Part shown: piece after piece, positions 44,474 through 56,540 of the stretch
Layout: each line of letters opens with the position of its first letter
Position numbering within the stretch: the first letter of the stretch is position 1
Assembly (NCBI GenBank): GCA_001179505.1
Contig: CDMY01000255.1
Location: 372,001-436,000, forward strand
Direction: 5' to 3'
Length of the DNA stretch: 64,000 nucleotides
From: Vitrella brassicaformis CCMP3155
Taxonomy: Eukaryota; Protista; Chromerida
The notes under the pieces: generated by a model
The model's database searches: none
Told to the model about the DNA's origin: nothing
Seen by the model: only the letters and a program-made list of their open reading frames with translations
Translations under genes and position numbers: made by a program

Positions 44474-45388
44474 GGCGACCTGATTGTCGCGAATAGCGGC
44501 TGCCTGGTGTTGGTTGGCTCAAGGGTTCCCCCTGCTGAGAGAACCTCTTTCTGTCTTTTCTTTCTTCTTCGGAGTTTCCAAAATATGCATGCATGCACTC
44601 TGTGAGGGGCGCCCCCGGCGTCCGCGTACAACTTTGAAGCAGATGGGCCCTTACAAGTGTGCAAAGACGCAGGATACGCTGCGCTCTTTGCCGACTTCAG
44701 CGGGCACGGGCCGCAGGACGGTTCAATTGGGACGGTTCGATCGCACTGCAAGTCCCTGTGGTGCACACTTTACCTTTGAGAGCAGCAGAAAAGCAAAGCA
44801 AAGCACCCGTACACACACATCTACCACCCTGCGTTTCACATCAAGCTGCAAACACTCATCCAACGCAACGCCAACAGGTGCGTCCAACCCGAAAGCTGAT
44901 GGGAACAAAACGGGTTTGCCTTCCTCACACCACAGGGGCTTCGCTTGCTCTTCTGCTACGTAAGCGTCAGCCGTCCGATGAGAAAAACAATACCGACGCC
45001 CAAATATGAGCCGGTGAGAAAAGCAATATCGTCGCACTTCCCTCGCACAGTCATGACATCCTATGGCGCTCCTCGCGCTCGAAACTCAGGCAATATATGA
45101 GCCTCTATGAAAATCGATAAAGGCAGCCACGCACATGCAATGTAGACAGTCGCACATGTAGACAAACAAACAAGCCCTCGCGGGGGAGAGATGCGATAGA
45201 TAGGTAGAGAGTCGCCTTCGTGCCGATCGGCGTCAGAAGGCAGGCAGAGGAAGTGAGTCATCGATACACAGATGCTGCACGCAGGTAGTCAGACACTTGG
45301 CCAGTCAAGCCTGCACACCCCTACACGCAGACACACACAGGCAGATGGAGGCGTGCCGCACACTCACCACCCTCCCTCCTGTCTCACC

Positions 45389-45869
45389 TCAAGTGCTGCC
45401 GCCCGGGAGAGCCTCATCAACTAACAGGCCGTTGGTGTCGTCTGTTGGTGGTGGCGCTGCTGACTCGAACCTGACGTCAGCGAAGCCGAGATCAGGTGAC
45501 ACCGTGCTGGAGGTGTAGTATTCCCCATAGCCGGCCTCGTATGGCTCGTAGGTGGTGCTGGTGTCGGTGCCATAGCCAGCTTCATCGTATGGCTCGTAGG
45601 TGGTGCTGGTGTCGGTGCCATAGCCAGCTTCATTGTATGGCTCGTAGGTGGTGGTGACGGGACCGACTTGGAGGCCTCGCAAAGATGGAGCCTGCAAGGG
45701 AACGGCATATGAACGGCACACCCAATGAGACACGAAGAGCCACGCATGTGGCGCATTCATGGCACAAGATTTGCTGACGCATCACCTGCATGTCGTCTGC
45801 GGCAGCTAGGGGGGTGAGGACGGCCACGAGGCAGAGGGCCACGCACACGAACATCGACACGCCGGACAT
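45389..45869 (-). CDS. Small secreted acidic Tyr/Thr-rich repeat protein (exons 45869-45786 and 45691-45389)
   Basis: Signal peptide MSGVSMFVCVALCLVAVLTPLAAA; phase-0 GT-AG intron; then APSLRGLQ and the TTYEPY(N/D)EAGYGTDTS repeats. Confidence 0.65.
45519..45652. repeat. 48-bp coding tandem repeat, about 2.8 copies
   Basis: Unit gtatggctcgtaggtggtgctggtgtcggtgccatagccagcttcat(c/t) repeats from 45539 and encodes 16 aa on the minus strand. Confidence 0.9.
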
Positions 45870-46239
45870 GGTGGAGAGCTTCGAGGGACGATTGGTCTCA
45901 AGACAGACACCTGCACACAGCCACAGCGACTCTGCAGCTGTCGTGAGGAGGGACGAGCGAGAAAAGGGGCGGAGAAGGATACGAAGGGGAAAGATCCAAC
46001 AGTGGTTTTACGCCCAGCAGTGCTCTAACGCAGAACTTAAGGATTTCTAGAAACTTTTTGACGTTTGGGTCTCTCACCGGCCCGTCTCATACATAGATCA
46101 TTACCTATCACACGTCTCACAAAATCACCGACAACCACACAGAAACACAGCTACATGCACACCTACTCTATCAATAAACATCCACACACAACAAAAACCC
46201 GACGGCAACCCTTATATCGTCGCATGGCGTCAGCCCGTG

Positions 46240-48804
46240 TCACCTTACGACCTCTCTATCCGTCTCTGTTCCCGCAACTGCCTTGGTGCCGTCATTGCTG
46301 CCGTCTTGCGCGCCGTTGTCCATGGCTGTGTCGTCCTTGTCGTGAGTGCTCTGCTGGTAGAAGCTGGCCGATATCTCCTCGAGAGTGCGGCCGGTCGTCT
46401 CCGGGATGCAGAACAGGATGAAAAACACCAACAGGGCGTTGGTGCACGCGTAAAAGAAAAAAGTGCCTGCAGGAATGAACGCGACAGACATACACAGACA
46501 CCATCAGTCAGGGCTTCCTGCGTTGGCCTCGCTGAACTGACTGACCGGATCTGGTGAGGAGTGTGAACATGGATTCGAGAGTGGATTGTATGATGAATGC
46601 GAAGACCCAGAAGGTGGTGATGACGCACCCCATGCCCAGCGACCGAACCTCCTGCGGCAACACCTCACTCGCTACCACATACATCAGCCCCGCCCAACTG
46701 ATCGATCGCAGCCACACACATACACACCACATAGCATAGAGAGAGGCAGTGGGGAGTGTCTGTCTGTCTGTCTGTCTGCTGTCCACCTCATGTTCCAGAA
46801 AAACATGAACACAATCATCGCGCAGGCAGCTGTAGTCGGCCAGGACGGGTGGCTCTGTGATAAATGGCATCACCAACGAATACAGAGAAACCCATTTGCA
46901 CAGAACAGAGGAGAAAGACGTCTGCCTGGCTGGTTGGCCGTTCTTCCTACCGGCAAGAATGACAGTGCCAGGACGATGTGACAAATGGTGGTACCTGGCG
47001 GGCGGAAACACACACAGACACAGACAACGGACCTTGATCGGCTACGGCCTTGATCGGTCTCACCTAAAGTCCCTATGAGCAGTAGCCCCTTCCGCCCTAG
47101 CGTCTCAATCAGAAAAAATGTGATCAACACACCTGTCGTCTAAACACACACACACACACGAGTCCCAAGCACTTATACATGGTGTTTGTGAGGTGGCTCA
47201 CTATCTCTTTGCCTGCCTCACTGTCTCACCTTTGCGACCCCAATGCCCACACCAGCAACATACGGGCTTTTGACGCCGGCTAGCATGAAAATGTCGGTCG
47301 AGTACGGCAGCAACGCAGGCGCCGCCATCATGTTCTACAGACGCAACACCACACACACATCATTAAGTGCGTGAGTGAGGTGGCAGCCATATCTCGCAGA
47401 CCGCCCGACCTGTGCGACGGCACATCCGAGTGCCACAAAAAGGGGGGCGCGGTTGCGCCACAGCTTAGCCAGCCCCCTGCATACACACAGCACAGCATCC
47501 ATACCATGCACAATAGACACACATCGATACGATGGATCCAGAGATCCATCCACCCACCCGGCCCCCGTCGCCCCCACTCACTTTCTGCTGGACCGCACAA
47601 AGCGAAACGACTCTGCAAAGTCCACCAACCACTGTGCCGTGAACATCTCGTCGCTGGCCCGCCGCCCCGGTATGATCCGCCCCTCCACACATCGCAGCAG
47701 CCGACCACTCGCAGAGTGCACCTCTAACCTCGGAGGCCGCGTGTCGCCGTTCTGCTGCTCATGTGCATGTGCGCTGCCGCCTGTCGATGACGAGTGCTCG
47801 TTAGTACTATTCGTCGGGGGCTGGTAGCGGTCCGACGACTGATGGGCGGGTGGGGCACCGGCAGGCTCGGTCGGCGCCGTGGATGGGGAGGCGCATGACG
47901 ATGCATCTGCCGAAGCGGAAGCCGCGTGGAGTGCGGCGACCCGTGCGTTCTCCTGGGCCTGCTTCATGGCAAGGGCGCGGTCACGCTCCTCCTCCATCTC
48001 GCGAAGCTGAACACACACAAGCGAGAAGAACACCCGTGTGGTGTGAGTGGAAAGGTCTACCAGGGCCTGTCAGGGTTGTTCCTCCTTTCCCTTGTTGTGT
48101 TACCAATTCTTCGATTTCCTCGTCAGAGCCGACGCCCAGCCGTCTCATGTTGCGGCGAGCAGACTCCTTGCGATCCTTGGACATCAACCTGACGCAGCCA
48201 ACCGACCAACCAATCAACCAACCAAATATGGGGTGGCTGTAGTATGCCGTGCTATACATACTGACCATCTGGGGCTCTCGGGGAGGAAGCTGAGTCCCAG
48301 ACACTGCACGGCCCCCACAATGCCGGCGATGGCCAGGAGCCACCGCCAGTAGGGCGCCGTGTCAACCATCAGGGCTGCAGTCCCAAACGTAAAGATGCAC
48401 CCGATACACTGACATATCTCCTGCACACACACACACACACATCAGTTTTATGGCTGAGTGTGCAGTGCGTCCAGTTCAGTTACTCACTCACTCACTGACC
48501 TGCAGCAGCCCCAGCCTCCCTCTGAGGTGTGTGGGTGACACCTCCGATGTGTAGGTGGAGAAGACCACCATGCCCACGCCCACACCCAGACCCACAAAGA
48601 ACCTCCCCACTAGCAAGATCCAGTAGGCCGGCCCCAGGCACATGAGCAGGGCAGCCACCACCAGCAGCGCATCACTGATACCCAAAGCAGGCAGCCGGCC
48701 GAGCCGACGGGCCACAACACCACCATACAAACTGCCGACAACGGCGCCTGCGCAATCAATGCATCAGATGGGTCGTGACAGCACGGTTGGCTGAGGGATG
48801 GATG

Positions 48805-48846
<42 letters not shown>

Positions 48847-49266
48847 CAGGCGCCGGCATGGCGACGAATAGCTCCTTGAGTAGGCAGGAGAACTGTTGAC
48901 CACAGACGTTGAACTCATTACGCACAGGCTCCAGCACCACAGACACAACTGTAAGGTCATAGCCCAACAACAAACCTGCACCAACAGAAACGACAAAGGT
49001 CTGCACATTCCACTGCACACCGCACCCACTCACCCACTCACCCACCCACCTGTCATGGCTGCGAAGGACACCACCAGAAACAGCAGTGCCCGGCTCCGCT
49101 GCGGCCCTTGCGAAGAGGAGCCGCCCGCTCTCCCCCTGCCCTCCTCGGCTCTCGCAAGCTCCCCATTCGTGTGCATGCTGCCGTCCTTGGCCGCATTTGC
49201 CGCAGTGTGGTCATGGTCGATGAGGCGCTCACGCGGCAGGTCGCTCTCAAACGTGGCACGCTTCAT
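46240..49266 (-). CDS. MFS sugar-porter (SP) family transporter
   Basis: LLLGYD..VVS (TM1), GG..ARRLGRLPAL, GRFFVGLGVG, YTSEVSPTHLRG, WR, LPESPRW, IETLGRKGLLL, SEVLPQEVRS and IPETTGRTLEEI. Confidence 0.9.
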
Positions 49267-49309
49267 CAAATGAGATATCGGCTGGAAACCAGCTTCCTCT
49301 CCGTTCCCT

Positions 49310-49329
49310 TGCGAGCTACACCGCGAGCT
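49310..49329. promoter_or_regulatory. TGCGAGCT plus CGCGAGCT in the 73-bp spacer between the MFS and GTPase starts
   Basis: Motifs at 49310-49317 and 49322-49329. Confidence 0.55.
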
Positions 49330-49339
49330 TCCTTGCAAG

Positions 49340-51553
49340 ATGGGTCAGGATTTCATCATTGGATGCGTCGGCAAGCCATCTGCAGGTACGCAGGAAGGCG
49401 GGAGATGGAGATTGGTGCGAGCACCGATGAACCACATCACTGGTGTGTGACTCCCTTCATTCATGTGAACCGCACACGCAGGCAAGTCGACGTTCTTCAA
49501 CGCTGTGACGGACGGCAAGGCCAAGATCGGCAACTATCCCTTCACAACCATCGAGCCAAACCAGGGCGTCGGCTACTACACCACACAATGCCCTTGCAAA
49601 AAGTAGTTAATGAGCATCGCTGACTGACCACAACGGAGCAGCAGGATCAGATCCATCATCCACTGTCTGCTTGCTGCGTGCCCTGCCTGTGTGTTGTGTC
49701 TGTATGTGCAGATACGGTGTCAGGTGCCGGCCACGGTATGGGTGGTGCCACGATGGGCGGCGGAAGGTGCCTGTTAAGCTGCTGGACGTCGCTGGGCTGA
49801 TCCCTGGGGCGTCAGAGGGCTTGGGTCTGGGCAACAAGTTCCTGGACGACCTGCGGCACGCCGACGTGCTCCTGCACATCATCGATGTGTCTGGAACCAC
49901 AAACGAAAAGGTGGTCGACGGATGGGATCCACCGCACCTACCGTTGAGTGTGTATAAATATTGTGTGTGTGCAGGGTGAGTCGACTACAGGGTACGACCC
50001 GTCAGGCGACCATGAGTGGCTCGAGATGGAAGTACAACTATGGTATGGTCTGTTCGCCAGCATACAAATTCCACCAGAGGGATTGGAGTTGTATGCTCTT
50101 TCTTGCCTCCAGGATATACAACAATCTGTTTAGTCGGTGGCAGACCGTCGCCAAGCGCCACCAGGCCACCAACAGGTGAACCACACACACCAGACACACA
50201 GAGCAAGCAGGTATCTAGACATCAGTCACGCATGTGTGCCGCTGTAGGCAATGCGACGCGTTCATTGCAGTCCCGTCGTGCAGACACTGCTCGCACAGCT
50301 GTCGGGCTACGGCGCCAAGGAACCACTCGTGAGTCACGCACTGGCCGGCACACAACGAGCAAAAGTCTGTATTTGTCTTATCTGTGTGTGTGTGTGTGTC
50401 AGATCCAGTCGGTGTTGGATGAGCTGCACGTGAAGGATCCCGTCAATCTGATGGAGTGGGACAAGGAGCAGATACGACAGCTGGTGACTGGGTGGGTGGG
50501 TGGGTGGGTGGGTGGGTGGCCACACCAGCATAGCACCATACACCGATGGGATGGCCGCCGGCTCACATGTATGTGCCGTATCTCTCTGTCAGGTGCGTGT
50601 GTTTGTGCGTCGTCGGTTCATGTTCATCTTGGTGCTCAACAAGGCCGACTCGGGCGGCGACACCGACGCCAACGCACTCAAGCTCTCCCAGAAGTACGAC
50701 GAGGGGCGAATCGTCATGTGCAGCGCACTCGCAGAATGCTTCCTCAGGAAAATGAAGGACCAGGTACAGTAAGTACCCCAGCCGGTGCAAACAGGCGACT
50801 GACTGAGCCATAGATCCATTGGTTGTGTTGTGTTGTGTTGTGTTGTCTTGTGCTGTGTCTTCATCGTCAGAAGTACATTCGTTACGACGAGGGGTCGTTC
50901 ATGTTCACCACTGCAGAGGAAGAAGAGAATGAGAGCGAGGCCCAGCAGCCGAATGGCGGGCAATCATCAGATGACGCGCCAGGCAGCAGCAAGAGGCCAT
51001 CATCCTCACAGAAACCGTTGAAGCCGCTGGACGGCAAGGTCTCTCAGCGGCTGGAGAAGATCCGCGACATGGTCCTTTTCAGACATGGCTCCACGGGCGT
51101 ACACCAGGTACACGGACATACTGTGGTGCCTTTGTGGCGGACACACACCTGTCTGGCTGGCTGGCTGGCTGGCTGTGTGTGTGTGTGTGTCAGGCCATCG
51201 ATCGTGCGGTGGAGGTGGCAGGTCTGGTGCCAGTGTATCCCGTCAAGAACATCACACACTTCGGGGGAGGGGGCAAGGGCGAGGGCGCCTTCCCTGAGTG
51301 CGTGCTCGTCAGACCTGGCACCACGTAAGCCATCCCTGCTGTATGTGGTGGTGAGGATACATACCTTGTGTGTCGTTCCTGACGTTGCAGTGTTCGTCAG
51401 TTTGCGGGCATGCTTCACCATGAGATCGACAAGCATTTTCTGTATGCCGAGGGGCCCGACGGCCGGCGGCTGGGTGAGGATGATGAGATAACGGCCGAGA
51501 GGAACATCATACGATACGTGACGGAGAGAGCCGCTGAGGAGAACTCTCACTGA
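49340..51553 (+). CDS. Obg-family GTPase, Ygr210/archaeal YchF-like subfamily
   Basis: [17 protein letters not shown] (G1), [10 protein letters not shown] (G2), CPC..C..C insert, [24 protein letters not shown] (G3 plus Gly-rich), LNKAD (G4) and a C-terminal TGS-like region. Confidence 0.88.
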
Positions 51554-53363
51554 CTGACCGATGAGTGGGTGTGATGGGTGTGGGTGGTGCGAAGACTTGT
51601 TGGATTGTTGATTGCACTCCTCCGTAGTCCGTTGCATCCATGCATTGCATGTGTAACCACCGTCTCGTACATATGTGCGTATTGAACGTACACATTCATT
51701 ACACATGTACACATGTACACGTAGGCCAGCTAGCACAGCACGCAGCCGCCACTCGTTTCACATCGTCATCAGTTAGATAAAACACGCTCATCCACTCCAC
51801 GCAGCCATTCCGTCCGTCCATGTCCATTCATCCATCCACACGCGTCTACCACATGTACATAACATACACGTACGTATACATACATACATACGAGTGCATT
51901 GCAACACAGCTGCAGACAGATAGACAGTCGGAAACCCACAATCAGATCCCACCCAACAGGCATTGCATTCACCCATGTGCTTGTTTGTTTGTTTGTTTGT
52001 TGTCCCTATTAGGACACACCAAATCAAGGATAAACGAATTCGTACACGTACGTACAGACGTCGTTTGCCGAAAAAATCGACCAGCACACAACAGCATCCG
52101 AGCCAAGAGAGAATCAAGGAAGTAGCGACCCGGTAGGTAGTGAAACACAACACGACACGTGCGAGCCGCCATTCATCCCATTGATTCATCGCATTGCAAT
52201 GCATGTGCATGGATGCACATTTGCTACGATCATCGCTCATCGCTCTCGCTCGCTGGCGCGCCCGGCCGGCAAAAAGTTTGCCTGTCCGTCTATCTGTCTG
52301 TCTCTGCGCGCTTGCTCGGTGGGCGGTCGGTTTGTACCTCTCTCCCCTCTGCCTCTGCCTTGTCACAAAAAACCGTTCACTCATTCACTCATCCATTCCA
52401 AGAAATACAAAACGCCCGCCTGACCGACAGACACGCAGCACAGAGACGCACCGGTCGCATCGAGCATTGAGACAGTTTCGAGTGTGCATGCATTCAGCGA
52501 GTGAGCAGCGAGCAAAGGTCCCCTGTGCCTCTCAGTAGAGAGGATGCTCCACCCATCGGCAGGGGAGGTTCGCCAACCTCACTTTGCTTGTCCCGACACT
52601 CACTCATTGTCACGAAAAATGAGGCGGTGCACCGCCTACTAGGATAATTCACGCGACACGCATGACATGACATGACATGACATGACAACACCTACCTTGT
52701 TTGTGGCGAGTGAGTGCATGTGTATACGTTATGTGTACGTACGAATGTACGTACGCATTGTGTATGTGCATGTGTGAATATGTGTATGTGTGTATGTATA
52801 AGTACATGCAGCAGGATGGCCCCATCCACCGTACACGACACAACGACACAAAACACGCAACACGCAGCACGCGTTTTGTCTTACCCACACAAGACAGTTA
52901 GCAGTTAGTGGTTTGTCGGCTCACGCAGCAGTGAACCGCTGTACACTCACTCACTGACCCTACCTATACCGCTCGCACACATGCAAGCAAGTTGAAAGCC
53001 TTCAGCCTCTCCTCTTTCTCCCCAACACACACGTACATCAATCATCTTCATGTACCCCCATCCATACATCGATCCAAACATTTCAGATCGAATGGCAGGA
53101 GACCCCTCCCTCCCTCCCCCAGGCCACTCTGTACTGTACCTGTCTGACCCACGGACGGACGTACCCACCGCACAAGAAAACCCAATACATACACACACAC
53201 AGAGACATAGACATAGAGACATCGAGGCATGGACGATAAAGGACAAATATCCCCGCCGGTCTCACCCGCCTGGGCCTAAGCTTGGATGCTCCCCCTGTCT
53301 GTGTCTCTCTGGGCGTTTCTCTCGTCTCTCTGCGTCTTGTCTACATACGTGCGATGACTATGT

Positions 53364-54439
53364 CTAGCACGTGGGTTTGGCGTGGCCACGGTTGCTCTCC
53401 ATGGCGATGGCGAATATGTCGTTGGCCGAAGGGAACCGCTCCACAGAGATGAAGCTGCTTGAGGACACCGAGTGGGACAGCGAGAAGTGGCGTGTGGACG
53501 GGCTGCAGGGTGACATATCCATCATGTCCATGTCTGTGTCCAAGTCCATGTCGTCACTCCAGCTCGGGTCCTCCTCCTGCACCTCCATCGCCAGGTCAAA
53601 GTGACCAGACGCATGTCTGCACAAAAAGCAGGGAGAGAGTCTGGGTGCGTGTGTGTGGGGGGGCGGGGGGGAGGGGGATTACCTTTTGAGCGTCTTGAGC
53701 ATGAGGCCCTCGTTGAGGTCGGCGGTCTGCTTGGCTATGCTCGCATGTTTGCGAATGGCGCGCTCGGTGCTGTCCTCAGCCTCATACTCACACACCTGAC
53801 CACAGGCAGAAAGACAGACAGACAGACAGACAGACAGATGGACAGAAATGCCGTGTGCACCGTGCGCCGTCTGTTGCCTCCCTCCCTCCCCCCTCCCTCC
53901 CTCTCTGTGCGTACCTGCGTCAGATTCTCATCCTTCCACCGCACCCTGAGCCCCGGCAGCCGCGGCGCCTTCTTCTCACGCACCCCACGGTCCATCGTAC
54001 CCTCATCCCCACCCTCACTGCCATCATGAGCCAGCTCGTCGGCCAGCTTCTGGCGGCTGGCCACCCCCGGCAGCGTCAGCAGCGGCATCGGCGGCACAGC
54101 AGCCGCATGGCTGAGCGGGGACACAGCCGTCGTGACGTCTCTGTCGACATCATGATGGTGGTCATGTAGCAAGGGGGAGAGGCAGAGGGGTGGGAGGGAC
54201 GCCTTGGTCTGGATGGACAGGAATGTCAGGGAGGGGGAGGGAGGGGGGACGATGTATCCATTCGCGAAGCCCAGCGACGAGAAGGGCCGGCCAGTGGTGG
54301 TGGTGGCTGTGAGTGAGGCAGAGGGGTTGACGAAGCCGAGCTCTCCCCCCGCTAGATTGGCGTCGAAGTGCACTTGTGCTCCTTTGCGGCGCTTGAGGCC
54401 CTCGAATGTGGCGCGGCGGCCGAGGCGCGCAGGCAGCAT
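53364..54439 (-). CDS. Low-complexity protein with an RVxW PP1-docking-like motif (3 exons)
   Basis: ORF 54439-53913 splices in frame to VCEYEAED... and RHASGHFDL.... Motif LRVRWKDENLTQVCEY; Ser/Asp-rich tail. Confidence 0.55.
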
Positions 54440-54599
54440 GATGGTCTCAGAGTCTCAGCTTAGTCAACAACTACGGGACGCTGCTGGGGGCGGAGAGGAT
54501 GTGGCAGCTGGCTTGCTGCAGATCCATTGAACTAACGTCGTCTTCTGCTCCTTGGATCCACAACGGTGCAAGATCTTCTGTCCCTTTTTCCGTCCCATA

Positions 54600-54607
54600 A
54601 GCTCGCA
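54600..54607. promoter_or_regulatory. AGCTCGCA motif between the divergent PP1-docking and ankyrin starts
   Basis: Exact octamer. Confidence 0.5.
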
Positions 54608-54654
54608 GGAACCGTTTGCGTTCAACGGCTGAAAGTCCAGGTGTTTGAAGGGAC

Positions 54655-56540
54655 ATGGGCAACACATCGTCCGCCCCAGGGGACGAGGCCGCTGGTTTGG
54701 CTCACCAGATGTGTGGGTGCCAGCGGGGGGACGAACCCGAACTGAGTCAAGCGCTGCTGAGTGGGAGTGCTTGGAGGGTGACGAGGGTACTCACGAACGC
54801 ACCCCAGCTCGTGGTAGGCAATGCCGTCATTTCTGCACGTTTGCACTGTTTGTGAGGGTCGGCTTGTGTGCGGGGCTCGTTGTGTGCAGGAGTCTCCCCT
54901 ATTATTTGAGGGCAACGCCAAGCTGCTCGCTGCCCTGGAGAAGGTGATGCAGCGCAAGGACATCTCGACCGTCAAGGCCCTTCTCGAGGCAGGTATCTCA
55001 CCCAACGCCCCGCTCGCTCAGCCACCACCTCCAACTCGGAAACGGCCTCCGTCAAGCACCGGCCCTGTGGGGTCGTGCACGGGCGGGACAGAGGGCGATG
55101 AGGCCGGTGCTGCTGCGGTGGCTGACATGAGTGGGGAAGATGCGGGTGTGGGCCATGTGCCGATGTGGTTTCAGCACTCGTGTCGCGTGCCGCTGTGGAA
55201 CATTTTCGTGCTCATGCTCGACCACGGGGCCGACCCAGGTAGATTGGGCCAGCATCCTCAATCTCACGCGAAAGGGTATATGCCCTTGGCCGTCTCGTTT
55301 GTGGATGCAGAATGTGGTCTGGTGGCGGCATGCCTTGAAGGCAGCGCCGATATGGTAAAGATGCTCTTGGTGAAAGGGGCGAACCCCGACAGAATCCGAG
55401 TGAGAGATGAGCTGTTACAACACGGCCCGCAGTGCAGGCACACAGGTACGTATCTGCGCGCTGTGCATTGATCAGGAGGGCAGGACCCCACTGTCAGCCG
55501 CGGTGGAGAGTGAGGTCGACCGTCATCGGAAGGTGGAACTGCTGTTGCAGCATGGGGCCGACCCCAACTCGCCCCTCCCTGACGAATCCTCCCCGCCCCT
55601 CCTGATGAAGTCACCATGAAACGGGACATCAAATCGGTACGTCAGACAGACAGGAAGGGGAATGGTCAACGAATGATAGGTGTGTCTGTCATTTGTTCGT
55701 TGTCAGCTGGGTATGTTGCTGGATGCGGGTGCTGATCCTAACGTGTCGATGGCTGAGGAGGGTTTGCCGACTCCGCTGTTCTACAGTGTGTACTGGGGCA
55801 ATGTGGATGCGGTGGAGATGCTCTGCAGATATGACGTGGACCTGGCCATGCGCAAGTACACTGATGAGGATGTGTTCGAGGTCGCCAGGAACATCCTCGA
55901 CTTCTCAAAGGTGAGCCGCCCTGTCTCTCTCCGTCTGTACGTGGCCGACTGGCTGTGTGGGTCGTGTGGGGTGGTGGTTGCTTTGTTGCAGGTGCCCAAG
56001 CCGAAGCACATTGCCCGGCTGCTCCTCCCAAACACCCCCACAGAGACGTGTGCAAAGATACTCGACGTACTAGGTACGACGCCGAACACAGTAAAAGCCT
56101 CCTTTGTGTGTGGATTTTGCAATATCCGTGATGCTGCAGAGGAGTGTCGGTCGCGACAGCAGCAGCGGCAACAGCAGGAAGCCCGTCTAGACGCGCCATC
56201 CACCACGTCAGGATCAGCATCAGGGTCAAGCTGCTCGGCTGTCTTCGAGAGCCCCTGCCGCGAGAGAGACAGCATCTCATCCATCGTGGCTCCGCCCCCC
56301 CACATAGTGGTCAACCGTGTCTCTGTGGGGGTCATGCCGCCCGACCCGCTGGATGAGAATGATCCACTGCGCACACAGCAGGATGGGCACGATGGGGGCG
56401 AGGGTGATGATGAGAGTGGAGAGGTTGATGACCGTGCGATGAGGGATCCCGAGCTGAGGCGGCAGACTATTTCTATCGACAGGCAGCTGCAGGGGCAGGG
56501 CAGCAAGGACAGTGCCCTCTGGTACAGCTATGGCGAATGA
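54655..56540 (+). CDS. Ankyrin-repeat protein with an N-myristoylation consensus; apparent 1-nt frameshift near 55610
   Basis: Starts MGNTSS. Repeats VKALLEAGISPN, LMLDHGADP, VKMLLVKGANPD, EGRTPLSAA..VELLLQHGADPN and MLLDAGADPN..PTPLFYSV. Confidence 0.7.

Noticed and set aside
45519-45652. 48-bp direct repeats as a CRISPR array
   Set aside because: The repeats are contiguous with no unique spacers, lie in frame in a coding exon, and there are no cas genes; the context is eukaryotic.
51560-53360. Many short ORFs (CVCVC, THTH, QTDR) in the intergenic region and in introns
   Set aside because: Translations of microsatellites; no coherent exon chain.
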